Source of the DNA: Escherichia coli
GTDB lineage: Bacteria; Pseudomonadota; Gammaproteobacteria; Enterobacterales; Enterobacteriaceae
Direction: 5' to 3' (one strand)
DNA: 64,000 nt
NCBI RefSeq assembly: GCF_003018235.1
Contig: NZ_CP027437.1
Every line of letters starts with the position of its first letter. Position 1 is the stretch's first letter. Both the position numbers and the translations under genes were made by a program. The notes under the pieces were generated by a model. It saw nothing but the letters and a program-made list of their open reading frames with translations, was not told the DNA's origin and did no database searches. Shown one piece after another: positions 20,639 to 36,699 of the stretch.

Positions 20639-21647
20639 GGCTACGCACTCCTTTAATCAGACTGATAAAGCGTTGCGACTGAACAATCAGCACGCAAAGC
20701 ACCACTACCGCTTTCACCACCTGGTTCATCTCTGGCGGAAAGCCCGAAAGCAAAATTCCGGTGTTCATTCCCTGAATAATCAGCGCCCCTACCACTGAGA
20801 GCAGCAGGTTAAAACGCCCGCCCATCAGCGATCCGCCGCCAATCACCACCGCAAGAATGGCGTCCAGCTCCAGCCATAATCCGGCGTTGTTGGCATCGGC
20901 ACCGCGAATATCCGCCGCCACGATAATGCCCGCAATCGCCGCACACAGCCCGCTCAACACGTAGGTGAGCATGACGATGATTCGCGTGTTGACTCCGGCA
21001 TTTTTTGCCGCCCGAATGTTGATACCAACGGCTTCGATAAACATCCCCAGCGCCGTTTTGCGGGTCAACAGCCAGAACAGGAGAAGCGTCAGCACCGCGA
21101 TAATGACCGGCGTTGGCAGGAACAATAGCGATCCGCTGCCAAACCATGAGAGATCCGGCGAGTTAAACGTGACGATCTGTCCGGAGGTGATCAGTTGCGC
21201 CACGCCGCGCCCGGCGACCATCAGGATCAGGGTGGCAACAAACGGCTGAATTTTGAGGATCGCTACCAGTATGCCGTTCCACAATCCCGCCAGGATGCCA
21301 GTGCCCAGGGCGCTTAACAAAACAATCGGCAGGCTGAATCCCGCGACCGTCATCGCAGCCGTTGTGGCTCCGGCGATAGCCATCACCGCCCCTACGGAGA
21401 GATCGATACCACCAGTGGCGATCACCAGCGTCATGCCAATCGCCAGTAACGCAACGGGAGCTGCACGGTTAAGGATGTCGATAGGGCTACCGAACAAACG
21501 CCCATCCTGAAGCACAACCTGCCAGAAATGCGGGGCCACCAGACTGTCGACCAGCAGCACCAGCAATAGCGCTACCAGTTGCGGCATTCCTGTTGGCCAG
21601 CGAAAGCGCCTTTTCGGCGGCGTAGTGTCCGGGAGAGATTGAGGCAT
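20625..21647 (-). CDS. ytfT: sugar ABC transporter permease
   Basis: 341-aa membrane product from the internal Met (MPQSLPDTTPP); overlaps yjfF. Confidence 0.8.
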   Translation of the reverse strand: MPQSLPDTTPPKRRFRWPTGMPQLVALLLVLLVDSLVAPHFWQVVLQDGRLFGSPIDILNRAAPVALLAIGMTLVIATGGIDLSVGAVMAIAGATTAAMTVAGFSLPIVLLSALGTGILAGLWNGILVAILKIQPFVATLILMVAGRGVAQLITSGQIVTFNSPDLSWFGSGSLLFLPTPVIIAVLTLLLFWLLTRKTALGMFIEAVGINIRAAKNAGVNTRIIVMLTYVLSGLCAAIAGIIVAADIRGADANNAGLWLELDAILAVVIGGGSLMGGRFNLLLSVVGALIIQGMNTGILLSGFPPEMNQVVKAVVVLCVLIVQSQRFISLIKGVRSRDKT

Positions 21648-21660
21648 CACACTGTTCTCC

Positions 21661-23163
21661 TTACGCCGCAATGGCGTTCATGATCGCCGGAACGGAAAGC
21701 TCTGCCAGCGGGATCTCCGCCACCTGTTTGCGATCGCGCATGATAATCACCCGGTCGGCATAGCCCACCAGCTCTTCCAGTTCAGAGGAGATCACCAGCA
21801 GCGCCAGACCATCAGCGCACAGCGTTTCAATCAGGCGGATGATCTCGGCATGCGCACCAACGTCAATGCCGCGCGTTGGCTCATCGAGGATCAGAAATTG
21901 CGGTCGGGTCAGTAGCCAACGTGAAAGCAACACTTTTTGCTGATTGCCGCCGGAGAGAAATTCAATCGGTTGTTCAGTTGAAGGTGTGCGAATGCCAAGC
22001 TGGCGGATAAAGCGTTGGGCAATCTCTTGCTGTTCTTTGCGGGAAATCGGTCGTAGCCAGCCGCGCTGGGCCTGGAGAGCGAGGATGATATTTTCCCGCA
22101 CCGAGGCGGCGGCGATAATGCCATCGGTTTTCCTGTCTTCCGGGCAGAAGCCAATGCCAAGAACCGAAGCCTGATGTGGCGAGCGTAGCGTTTGCGCTTT
22201 GCCTTTTATCAACGCCGTGCCGCTATCAGCAGGTTTGATACCGAAGATCACTTCGGCGGTTTCGGTACGTCCTGATCCCAGCAAGCCTGCCAGACCGACG
22301 ATCTCGCCGGGGCGTACTTCGAGATCAAACGGTGCGATCGTTCCTTTTTTGCCGTAATTTTTGAACGCGGCAACGGGTTTGTCGCTCAGCAATGTTCGTC
22401 CGGCACGCTGTAGCGCGTGGGTGTCCAGCTCGCGCCCCAGCATCATTTTTACCAGTTCGATCTGCGGTAGCTCGCGGGTTTCCCGACAGCCTACGAAACT
22501 GCCGTTGCGTAAGACGGTGATCCGATCGCTGACCTGATAGACCTGATCGAGAAAGTGAGTGACAAAGATCAGGCTGACGCCGCGATCGCGCAACTGACGC
22601 ATCAGGCCAAACAGTAACTCTACTTCCTGAGTGTCGAGGCTGGCGGTGGGTTCATCGAGGATCAGCACTTTGGCAGAGAGATCGATAGCCCGGCAAATGG
22701 CGACGATTTGCTGCATCGCGACTGAAAAGCGGTTGAGCGGTTCCCGCACGTCGAGAGAGAAACCGTAAGATGCCATCAGTTCGGTGGCGCGCTTTTCCAT
22801 CTCTTTACGGCGTAGAAGGCCGAAACGTTTGGGTTCGCGACCTATGAATAGATTATCAGCGACCGACATATTGGGTAGCAGGTTGACTTCCTGATAGACG
22901 GTGCCGATGCCGAGTTGTTGTGCGTGGGCGGTATTTTTCGGTGAGATAGTCTGGCCTTCCAGCCAGATGGTGCCACGATCGGCGTGGTAGACACCGGTTA
23001 ATGCTTTGATTAGCGTTGATTTTCCCGCCCCGTTTTCACCGAGCAGCGCCATAATTTCGCCACAGCGCAGGCTGAAATCAACGTTGTCTAACGCTTTGAC
23101 GCCGGGGAAAAATTTACTTAATCCTTCGGTGCGGAGGATTTCCTGGTGTTGGTTAGTATTCAT
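21661..23163 (-). CDS. ytfR: sugar ABC transporter ATP-binding protein (two ABC domains)
   Basis: 500-aa product from MNTNQHQEIL with RBS GGGGG upstream; Walker A GENGAGKST and a second ABC domain. Confidence 0.85.
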   Translation of the reverse strand: MNTNQHQEILRTEGLSKFFPGVKALDNVDFSLRCGEIMALLGENGAGKSTLIKALTGVYHADRGTIWLEGQTISPKNTAHAQQLGIGTVYQEVNLLPNMSVADNLFIGREPKRFGLLRRKEMEKRATELMASYGFSLDVREPLNRFSVAMQQIVAICRAIDLSAKVLILDEPTASLDTQEVELLFGLMRQLRDRGVSLIFVTHFLDQVYQVSDRITVLRNGSFVGCRETRELPQIELVKMMLGRELDTHALQRAGRTLLSDKPVAAFKNYGKKGTIAPFDLEVRPGEIVGLAGLLGSGRTETAEVIFGIKPADSGTALIKGKAQTLRSPHQASVLGIGFCPEDRKTDGIIAAASVRENIILALQAQRGWLRPISRKEQQEIAQRFIRQLGIRTPSTEQPIEFLSGGNQQKVLLSRWLLTRPQFLILDEPTRGIDVGAHAEIIRLIETLCADGLALLVISSELEELVGYADRVIIMRDRKQVAEIPLAELSVPAIMNAIAA

Positions 23164-23186
23164 AGTTTCCCCCGTTGTAAAGCGTG

Positions 23187-23290
23187 CGCCAGATAAGACA
23201 CAACTGCGTCGCATCAGGCATCTCGCACAACCGCCGGATGCGGCGTGAATGCCTTATCCGGCGGCCCACAAGTCGGCATCAGGCATTGAT
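23187..23290. repeat. BIME (cluster of REP palindromes)
   Basis: GCCAGATAAGACA...GCATCAGGC, GCCGGATGCGGCGTGAATGCCTTATCCGGC and GGCATCAGGCATTGATGCCC palindromes in tandem. Confidence 0.5.
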
Positions 23291-23295
23291 GCCCC

Positions 23296-24252
23296 TCAAT
23301 ACCCCATGTTTTTCTTCTTCTCTAACTCTTCTTTTGCGGTATCAGGCAGGTAAAGGGTGGACTTGGTCAGCGTCAGCTTTTCAGGCATGGTGCCGTCTTT
23401 TTTGTATTTCTCCAGCGCGTCGAAAGCAGGACCTGCCATGTTCGGCGTCAGTTCAACACTGGCGTTCGCTTCGCCATCAATCATCGCTTTGTAGATATCC
23501 GGTACGCCATCAATGGAACCCGTGAGGATATCTTTACCCGGCTTCAGGCCCGCTTCTTTAATTGCCTGAATTGCGCCAATCACCATGTCATCGTTATGGG
23601 CGTAAACCATGCAGATGTTTTTGCCGTTGTTTTCTGCTTTGATAAAGCTCTCCATGACTTCTTTGCCTTTACTGCGGGTGAAGTCACCTGACTGCGAGCG
23701 GATAATTTTGATGTTTGGCGCATTCTTAATGGCTTCGGCAAAGCCTTTCTTACGGTCAATGGCGACGCTGGCCCCAACAGTGCCCTGCAACTCCACCACG
23801 TTGCATGGTTTGCCATTCACTTCTTTTACCAGCCAGTCACCAATCAACTTGCCTTCGAGGATGTTGTCGGCGGTGACAGTGGTCATATAGAGAGATTTGT
23901 CTTTCACATCGATGGAACGGTCAAGCAAGAAGACCGGGATTTCGGCATCTTTCGCCTCTTTTAATACCGGCTCCCAACCCGTCGCTACCACCGGAGCGAT
24001 AAAGATCGCATCCACCCCTTGCGCGACGAAGGAACGTACCGCTTTAATCTGGTTTTCCTGCTTTTGCTGACCATCGGCAATTTTCAACGTAATTCCGCGC
24101 TTTTCGGCTTCACTTTTCGCCACATTGGTTTCTGCGGCGCGCCAGCCGGATTCCGATCCGACCTGCGAAAATCCAACGGTTAATGGAGCGGCCAACGCCA
24201 TAGACGACATGGCTGCCGAGACTGCAGAGACTACAAGTAAGCGTTTCCACAT
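23296..24252 (-). CDS. ytfQ: periplasmic sugar (galactofuranose)-binding protein
   Basis: 318-aa ORF with signal peptide; periplasmic binding protein fold. Confidence 0.9.
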   Translation of the reverse strand: MWKRLLVVSAVSAAMSSMALAAPLTVGFSQVGSESGWRAAETNVAKSEAEKRGITLKIADGQQKQENQIKAVRSFVAQGVDAIFIAPVVATGWEPVLKEAKDAEIPVFLLDRSIDVKDKSLYMTTVTADNILEGKLIGDWLVKEVNGKPCNVVELQGTVGASVAIDRKKGFAEAIKNAPNIKIIRSQSGDFTRSKGKEVMESFIKAENNGKNICMVYAHNDDMVIGAIQAIKEAGLKPGKDILTGSIDGVPDIYKAMIDGEANASVELTPNMAGPAFDALEKYKKDGTMPEKLTLTKSTLYLPDTAKEELEKKKNMGY

Positions 24253-24561
24253 AGGGTTGTCCTCGTCGGGGTAATTATTATTGGTGAAAAGATGTTCGCG
24301 AAAAAACTATAGACAATTCGTTATGTAACGGATTGCGTTACATCACACTTCAAAAAAGTAAATAAAACGTTAATCACAAGTTTGTAATCGCTTTCATCTC
24401 ACTATGAAAAATGCGGCTACGGTTATGGATTTTCCTGCTCTTTAAACCATCTTAAAACTGGCTAAAAAGGAAAATGAAGAAGAAAACAAGCGAAGACATT
24501 CGGCGCGAGTTGGCTATAATACTCGGCACTTGTTTGCCACATATTTTTAAAGGAAACAGAC

Positions 24562-25092
24562 ATGAGCTTACTCAACGTCCCTGCGGGTAAAGATCTGCCG
24601 GAAGACATCTACGTTGTTATTGAGATCCCGGCTAACGCAGATCCGATCAAATACGAAATCGACAAAGAGAGCGGCGCACTGTTCGTTGACCGCTTCATGT
24701 CCACCGCGATGTTCTATCCGTGCAACTACGGTTACATCAACCACACCCTGTCTCTGGACGGTGACCCGGTTGACGTACTGGTCCCGACTCCGTACCCGCT
24801 GCAGCCGGGTTCTGTGATCCGTTGCCGTCCGGTTGGCGTTCTGAAAATGACCGACGAAGCCGGTGAAGATGCGAAACTGGTTGCGGTTCCGCACAGCAAG
24901 CTGAGCAAAGAATACGATCACATTAAAGACGTTAACGATCTGCCTGAACTGCTGAAAGCACAGATCGCTCACTTCTTCGAGCACTACAAAGACCTCGAAA
25001 AAGGCAAGTGGGTGAAAGTTGAAGGCTGGGAAAACGCAGAAGCCGCTAAAGCTGAAATCGTTGCCTCCTTCGAGCGCGCAAAGAATAAATAA
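24562..25092 (+). CDS. ppa: inorganic pyrophosphatase
   Basis: 176-aa ORF; family I pyrophosphatase sequence. Confidence 0.95.
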   Translation: MSLLNVPAGKDLPEDIYVVIEIPANADPIKYEIDKESGALFVDRFMSTAMFYPCNYGYINHTLSLDGDPVDVLVPTPYPLQPGSVIRCRPVGVLKMTDEAGEDAKLVAVPHSKLSKEYDHIKDVNDLPELLKAQIAHFFEHYKDLEKGKWVKVEGWENAEAAKAEIVASFERAKNK

Positions 25093-25170
25093 GTTCTTCT
25101 AGCGTAATAACCCTGAACGCCGGGCTTCGGTTAGTAGGGGTTTTTTATGCCCGCGATAAATAAACACACC

Positions 25171-25521
25171 TTATTCCACCACCGCCTGCAAACGTAATAA
25201 CGCCTCTTCCACCACCTCACCCGCAGCCAGACCAATACGCTTTGCCAGCCGGGCGCGTAGATCCATCATCCGCACCTGATTCACCAGCACCACGCCGTGC
25301 ACATCGCCTTCTTCGCAATGTAAAGGAACGCTAAATCCGGCATAACGGGCAAAATTTCCGCCCTGCGTAATGGGGGCCACCAGCGTCATTCCCAGTTGAT
25401 TAAAGGCTTGAACGGAGAGCACAAGCGCAGGTCGACCAGCACCTTGCTGTTCATGGCCGCTTGCTGGATCAAAGCCAACCAGCACAATGTCTCCCCGTTC
25501 AAATTCACTTTTCTTTACCAT
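25171..25521 (-). CDS. chpB: MazF-family endoribonuclease toxin ChpB
   Basis: 116-aa ORF with PemK/MazF-like sequence, overlapping the upstream antitoxin by 7 nt. Confidence 0.85.
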   Translation of the reverse strand: MVKKSEFERGDIVLVGFDPASGHEQQGAGRPALVLSVQAFNQLGMTLVAPITQGGNFARYAGFSVPLHCEEGDVHGVVLVNQVRMMDLRARLAKRIGLAAGEVVEEALLRLQAVVE

Positions 25522-25766
25522 ATTTCGTCACCCGCAGGGGTGGATTTACCCCAGACATCCTGCTCGCTAAGTTCCGTGGCGTTCATGTCACACTGTGCCA
25601 GCAGTTCATCAAGCGAGTAGCGCCTGGAGATGGGTGTCAGAATCAGTTGATTGTTGCTCACTTGCGCCTCCACGCTCTGCCCCGGCCGTAAGTTAAGTTC
25701 TTTCATCACAACATTAGGAATGACCATACCTGAACTATTCCCCCATCTTTTTATGGTAATACGCAT
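25515..25766 (-). CDS. chpS: antitoxin ChpS (AbrB/MazE-like)
   Basis: 83-aa product from MRITIKRWGNSSGMVIP; start could be 2 codons upstream at 25772. Confidence 0.8.
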   Translation of the reverse strand: MRITIKRWGNSSGMVIPNVVMKELNLRPGQSVEAQVSNNQLILTPISRRYSLDELLAQCDMNATELSEQDVWGKSTPAGDEIW

Positions 25767-25977
25767 CTGCACCTCCTTAAGTTATACAAAGTATAACTCA
25801 CGGTGCTACAGGAAACGTTTTACCCCTGCGCATTTGTGAACGCCAGCAGAGTTTTTTATGCGTTAACAGATATGGAAAGCGGCTCGGAGAGAAAAGCAAA
25901 AGGTGAGGGAATTACAAAACAGAATGCGAGTCGTCTCGCAAAAAACAACGCCACCCGAAGGTGGCGTATGCATATGG

Positions 25978-26319
25978 TTACTTATCCCTGTCTAACCAGT
26001 CGCCGCTTTCAATTAGCTTTAATCCATCGACGGGTCGTTGATAAACGTACATCCATGCACTCCCGTACGGCGTCTGAATCAACTGGCGCGCGTATTCACC
26101 GCCCCTGGTGCGCAAGGCATCAAGTTCGGCCAGCGTGGCGTTGTCAATACGATAAACTTCACCGTGTACTGTTCCGTTCCCCGGAACTGCGCCTGGATAG
26201 TGGCCCAGGCTATACAACTGGTAGTTATCGATACTGAAATCGCCCAGTAACTGGGCATTGGTCATCCAGTGACTGTTGCCTTGTTTGTGGCGTAAACTGC
26301 CGTAGACAAATATTCGCAT
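25978..26319 (-). CDS. ytfP: gamma-glutamylcyclotransferase-family protein
   Basis: 113-aa ORF; AIG2-like YGSL motif. Confidence 0.8.
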   Translation of the reverse strand: MRIFVYGSLRHKQGNSHWMTNAQLLGDFSIDNYQLYSLGHYPGAVPGNGTVHGEVYRIDNATLAELDALRTRGGEYARQLIQTPYGSAWMYVYQRPVDGLKLIESGDWLDRDK

Positions 26320-26321
26320 TG

Positions 26322-31873
<5,552 letters not shown>

Positions 31874-32036
31874 TTAAACGGCTTAACAAAAATCCAGTAA
31901 TATGGATTAAAAAGCAGACTAAACCCCAAATATTTCTTATGTTTTACTTTAGACCTATTCACAGCGGTTATTGTGTGCAAATACGCCTCTTGTTACAACC
32001 TTAACCCCAATGACCGATTTTCGGGAGAGCGACACC

Positions 32037-32675
32037 ATGAGTTTATTTGATAAAAAGCATCTGGTTTCCCCCGCCGATGCCCTGCCTGGACGTAACACCC
32101 CGATGCCCGTAGCCACGCTGCATGCGGTCAACGGTCACTCAATGACCAATGTACCTGACGGAATGGAGATTGCCATTTTTGCGATGGGTTGTTTCTGGGG
32201 TGTGGAGCGACTGTTCTGGCAGTTACCCGGCGTTTACAGCACCGCCGCAGGCTATACCGGCGGCTATACGCCAAATCCGACTTATCGGGAAGTGTGCTCC
32301 GGTGATACGGGTCATGCCGAAGCGGTACGCATTGTTTACGATCCTTCCGTCATCAGCTATGAGCAGTTGCTACAGGTATTTTGGGAGAATCACGATCCCG
32401 CCCAGGGAATGCGTCAGGGCAATGACCACGGCACGCAGTATCGTTCAGCGATTTATCCGCTGACCCCAGAACAGGATGCCGCAGCTCGCGCCAGTCTGGA
32501 ACGTTTTCAGGCGGCGATGCTTGCCGCCGATGACGATCGTCGCATCACCACGGAAATCGCGAACGCCACACCGTTTTATTATGCCGAAGATGACCACCAG
32601 CAATATCTGCATAAAAACCCGTATGGTTACTGTGGAATTGGCGGAATTGGCGTCTGTCTGCCGCCGGAAGCATAG
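32037..32675 (+). CDS. msrA: peptide methionine sulfoxide reductase A
   Basis: 212-aa product from [10 protein letters not shown]; active-site GCFWG motif. Confidence 0.9.
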   Translation: MSLFDKKHLVSPADALPGRNTPMPVATLHAVNGHSMTNVPDGMEIAIFAMGCFWGVERLFWQLPGVYSTAAGYTGGYTPNPTYREVCSGDTGHAEAVRIVYDPSVISYEQLLQVFWENHDPAQGMRQGNDHGTQYRSAIYPLTPEQDAAARASLERFQAAMLAADDDRRITTEIANATPFYYAEDDHQQYLHKNPYGYCGIGGIGVCLPPEA

Positions 32676-32721
32676 CGTTACGGGTACAAATGTAGATTGT
32701 TGATAAAGTGCTATTTGTCTA

Positions 32722-32820
32722 TGCCGGATGCGGCGTAAACGCCTTGCCAGGCCTACAAAATCGTCCAAAATCAATATATTGTGGGGACTGCGTAGGCCTG
32801 ATCGGCATAGCGCATCAGCC
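32722..32820. repeat. BIME (two REP palindromes)
   Basis: GCCGGATGCGGCGTAAACGCCTTGCCAGGCCTAC and GTAGGCCTGATCGGCATAGCGCATCAGCC. Confidence 0.5.
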
Positions 32821-32997
32821 AGTTTTTCATTTATCAGCAGTCTGAATTTTAACCCTCTGGCGGCTTTACAGTACCTTACGCTATACTAGCCACTGAAAAT
32901 GCCGGTTCACTTTCTTCGAATCGGCTTTCAATGTGTATTTCACACAAATTAATCAACTTCCCCTTCCGAGGATCTGGCCTGAAAGGTCGGATAAGAT

Positions 32998-34341
32998 ATG
33001 TTAAACAGTATTTTAGTCATACTCTGCTTGATCGCTGTAAGTGCGTTCTTCTCGATGTCCGAGATCTCGCTTGCCGCCTCACGCAAAATCAAACTTAAAC
33101 TGCTGGCTGATGAAGGCAATATAAATGCCCAACGCGTTCTGAATATGCAGGAAAATCCCGGCATGTTCTTTACCGTGGTCCAAATCGGTCTGAACGCAGT
33201 GGCGATTCTCGGCGGTATCGTCGGTGATGCGGCATTTTCTCCAGCTTTTCACAGCCTGTTCTCCCGCTATATGTCGGCAGAACTCTCTGAGCAACTGAGC
33301 TTTATTCTCTCTTTCTCGTTAGTGACTGGCATGTTTATCCTGTTTGCGGATTTAACCCCGAAACGCATCGGTATGATTGCGCCAGAAGCGGTGGCTTTGC
33401 GTATCATCAACCCGATGCGCTTCTGCCTGTACGTTTGCACCCCGCTGGTGTGGTTCTTCAACGGCCTGGCGAACATAATCTTCCGTATTTTCAAACTGCC
33501 AATGGTACGTAAAGATGACATCACTTCTGATGACATCTACGCGGTAGTGGAAGCCGGTGCGCTGGCGGGCGTGTTACGTAAACAGGAACACGAGCTGATT
33601 GAAAACGTCTTTGAGCTGGAATCCCGTACCGTTCCGTCGTCAATGACACCACGTGAAAACGTGATTTGGTTTGATCTCCACGAAGATGAGCAAAGTCTGA
33701 AGAATAAGGTGGCGGAACATCCGCACTCTAAGTTCCTCGTCTGTAATGAAGATATTGACCACATCATCGGCTATGTCGATTCTAAAGACCTGCTGAACCG
33801 CGTGCTGGCTAACCAAAGCCTGGCACTGAACAGCGGCGTACAAATTCGCAACACGCTGATTGTGCCGGATACGTTAACCCTTTCAGAAGCGTTGGAAAGT
33901 TTTAAAACCGCAGGTGAAGACTTCGCGGTGATCATGAACGAGTACGCGCTGGTAGTGGGGATCATCACCCTCAACGACGTGATGACCACGCTGATGGGCG
34001 ATCTGGTCGGTCAGGGGCTGGAAGAGCAGATTGTCGCCCGTGATGAGAACTCATGGCTGATTGACGGCGGCACCCCGATTGACGACGTCATGCGCGTGCT
34101 GGATATTGACGAGTTCCCGCAGTCGGGCAACTACGAAACCATCGGCGGCTTTATGATGTTTATGCTGCGTAAGATCCCGAAACGCACCGATTCGGTGAAA
34201 TTCGCCGGCTACAAATTTGAAGTGGTGGATATCGATAACTACCGCATCGACCAGCTGCTGGTGACCCGAATCGACAGCAAGGCCACCGCCCTTTCGCCAA
34301 AACTGCCTGACGCTAAAGATAAAGAAGAAAGCGTCGCGTAA
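32998..34341 (+). CDS. ytfL: HlyC/CorC-family inner membrane protein (CNNM/CBS domains)
   Basis: 447-aa ORF; N-terminal DUF21 membrane domain then CBS pair and CorC_HlyC C-terminus. Confidence 0.85.
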   Translation: MLNSILVILCLIAVSAFFSMSEISLAASRKIKLKLLADEGNINAQRVLNMQENPGMFFTVVQIGLNAVAILGGIVGDAAFSPAFHSLFSRYMSAELSEQLSFILSFSLVTGMFILFADLTPKRIGMIAPEAVALRIINPMRFCLYVCTPLVWFFNGLANIIFRIFKLPMVRKDDITSDDIYAVVEAGALAGVLRKQEHELIENVFELESRTVPSSMTPRENVIWFDLHEDEQSLKNKVAEHPHSKFLVCNEDIDHIIGYVDSKDLLNRVLANQSLALNSGVQIRNTLIVPDTLTLSEALESFKTAGEDFAVIMNEYALVVGIITLNDVMTTLMGDLVGQGLEEQIVARDENSWLIDGGTPIDDVMRVLDIDEFPQSGNYETIGGFMMFMLRKIPKRTDSVKFAGYKFEVVDIDNYRIDQLLVTRIDSKATALSPKLPDAKDKEESVA

Positions 34342-34402
34342 CCCCCAGAAACATCAACGGCTCCTGAATCAGGAGCCGTCTTATTACTGCATAGCACTTT
34401 GG

Positions 34403-34609
34403 TTAAGCCATCTCTGTTTGCAGACGCATAACCTGACGGTTAACTTCGGACATCACTGACAAATGCAGCTTATCCTTCACTTTTGGGATAAGAATCTTAC
34501 CCTTATCAAATTCAAAAGCGCCAACGTCCTTGATGTATAACCGTCCACGGAACAGGATCTTTACGTACTTCGCCACCTGAAGTGGGTTGTACCGTTGGAA
34601 AATTTTCAT
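34403..34609 (-). CDS. ytfK: small protein YtfK (DUF1107)
   Basis: 68-aa product from [19 protein letters not shown]; ORF-track start is an upstream extension. Confidence 0.7.
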
Positions 34610-34933
34610 TGTTATCTCCTGCTGAGTATTACGCCTGTGCGGTGCCACAATCGGCCCAACTATTATGAGGCGCAAATTTTAATGCTTAGTGACTATAGAC
34701 TATCCGGGCAATGTTTCCACCGCGTATAACTTTTTTTACCTAAAGGTTACAATTATTCAGAATTATCTTTTTACCGAAGCGCGGTCTTCAGTATAAGCAT
34801 TCATTTTTCATATGATTTGTGCGCTTGACCGCAAACTGGCATCACACTTGCGGGAAATTCGATAAATAGCACATATGATTAAAACTCAGACCCAAGTGGT
34901 CGGATCACCTGCATATCATAAGAAGGAAACACC

Positions 34934-35488
34934 ATGACCCTACGCAAGATTCTGGCACTCACCTGCCTGCTGTTGCCGATGATGGCTTCCGCACATCAGT
35001 TCGAAACCGGTCAGCGAGTGCCGCCGATTGGCATTACCGATCGGGGCGAGTTGGTGCTTGATAAAGATCAGTTTAGCTACAAAACCTGGAACAGCGCGCA
35101 GTTAGTGGGAAAAGTGCGAGTACTGCAACATATTGCTGGTCGCACCTCTGCAAAAGAGAAAAACGCGACGCTGATTGAAGCGATTAAATCAGCAAAGTTA
35201 CCGCACGATCGTTACCAGACCACCACCATTGTTAACACCGACGACGCAATTCCGGGTTCCGGCATGTTTGTGCGCAGCAGTCTGGAAAGTAATAAAAAGC
35301 TTTATCCCTGGTCGCAGTTTATTGTCGATAGCAATGGCGTCGCGCGCGGTGCCTGGCAGCTGGATGAAGAAAGTTCCGCTGTAGTGGTGCTGGATAAAGA
35401 CGGTCGCGTGCAATGGGCCAAAGACGGGGCGCTCACACAGGAAGAGGTGCAGCAAGTGATGGACCTGCTGCAAAAGTTGCTCAAATAA
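34934..35488 (+). CDS. ytfJ: periplasmic protein YtfJ
   Basis: 184-aa ORF with signal peptide. Confidence 0.8.
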   Translation: MTLRKILALTCLLLPMMASAHQFETGQRVPPIGITDRGELVLDKDQFSYKTWNSAQLVGKVRVLQHIAGRTSAKEKNATLIEAIKSAKLPHDRYQTTTIVNTDDAIPGSGMFVRSSLESNKKLYPWSQFIVDSNGVARGAWQLDEESSAVVVLDKDGRVQWAKDGALTQEEVQQVMDLLQKLLK

Positions 35489-35520
35489 TGGCAATAACAT
35501 AAATTCTGCAAAATAATTTT

Positions 35521-35547
35521 CCCCTATCGTTATCTATGGGATAGGGG
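35521..35547. terminator. bidirectional terminator hairpin (CCCCTATC/GATAGGGG) between convergent ytfJ and ytfI
   Basis: 8-bp stem flanked by A/T runs on both sides. Confidence 0.5.
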
Positions 35548-35576
35548 AATTAAGCCTCTGAGTTCTTACGCCGAAC

Positions 35577-36488
35577 TCATACTGGTAACGCTAGTTGCTT
35601 TTTTTTAAACGCCTCAATGGTCGATTTATATTTCTCGCAAATCTTTTCTTCGGTAATATCACTATCTGCGGCCAGATTCGCACTTACTATCGCATCCACT
35701 TGTTCGGCTAATTCGACTTGTTGGCAACCTGCATTAACCAGAAAATTATAAATAAGAGAGTAATCTTCATCCTTCAAAAAAACAGAGGAACCATTACGAA
35801 AACGTTCATCCCCTCCATAGATTTTAAGCGCAAAGCCCAAAGATTCTATGACTATGGCAAAATTATCATCAATTATTTTTTCGTAAATATACCATCCATC
35901 GCATTCTTTAATTCCACCTCCTGGAATTTGGAGGTCAAATTTACCCCGTTTTAATTTGCTTACTATATCCTCCAATAAGGCATAACCTAAAGACACGTCA
36001 CCAATCGCCTGGCGAATATAACCTTTAATCCTTTCCGGTATGTCAGACTGTTTTTTCTGCAGAATATCCCGGGCATACAATCTTCTGTTTTGTTCTAACG
36101 GAAACTCGCGGTTTTTGAAATCCATGAATGAGTTATACTTATTTATTGTTATGGGAATTTCTTCGTATTCAAACCCACTGCCTCGCAATGTCATTATATA
36201 TTCGGCACCGTTATCTTTAATGCTGAAACTGATAAGAAACTTATCCATGGCGTGAACATTTTCATTTTTTGATGAAAGCACCTGATAACTACTTTTATCA
36301 ATCTGAGTTGCGCAACGAAAGAACTCCCGCAAAGTTAACAGGCTATCATAATTCGAAATCCAATCTTTTTTCTTAAATGCATGCTGGATATTGTTAAAAA
36401 AATTGTTTGAATGTGTTTTTGTATGCGATGATTTTACGAATAACTCCACCGCACCAATAAAATTATTGTGTCTGATCCTGGGTAACAT
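35577..36488 (-). CDS. ytfI: uncharacterised protein (AT-rich gene)
   Basis: 303-aa ORF, markedly AT-rich relative to neighbours; no recognisable domain by eye. Confidence 0.65.
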   Translation of the reverse strand: MLPRIRHNNFIGAVELFVKSSHTKTHSNNFFNNIQHAFKKKDWISNYDSLLTLREFFRCATQIDKSSYQVLSSKNENVHAMDKFLISFSIKDNGAEYIMTLRGSGFEYEEIPITINKYNSFMDFKNREFPLEQNRRLYARDILQKKQSDIPERIKGYIRQAIGDVSLGYALLEDIVSKLKRGKFDLQIPGGGIKECDGWYIYEKIIDDNFAIVIESLGFALKIYGGDERFRNGSSVFLKDEDYSLIYNFLVNAGCQQVELAEQVDAIVSANLAADSDITEEKICEKYKSTIEAFKKKQLALPV

Positions 36489-36699
36489 ATGGCTACCTTA
36501 TTTTATTTGGTTATTTTATGTCGCCATTAAATATCTCATTATAGAAGTAAACTATCAAAAAACGCTCATTATTAAAATGTAACTTATTAGCAATTGAATT
36601 TTTGCACTTTAAATACAATCTCTTTTTATTTATAACTTTTTAGGTTGGGAGAAATCAGGATGGCAGAATCAGGAAATACACTGTTTCTGCCATCTGAAT

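Noticed and set aside
34676-34933. Possible PhoB or LexA box or small RNA in the ytfK-ytfJ divergent region
   Set aside because: I could not find a convincing match to either consensus by eye; would need a matrix scan.
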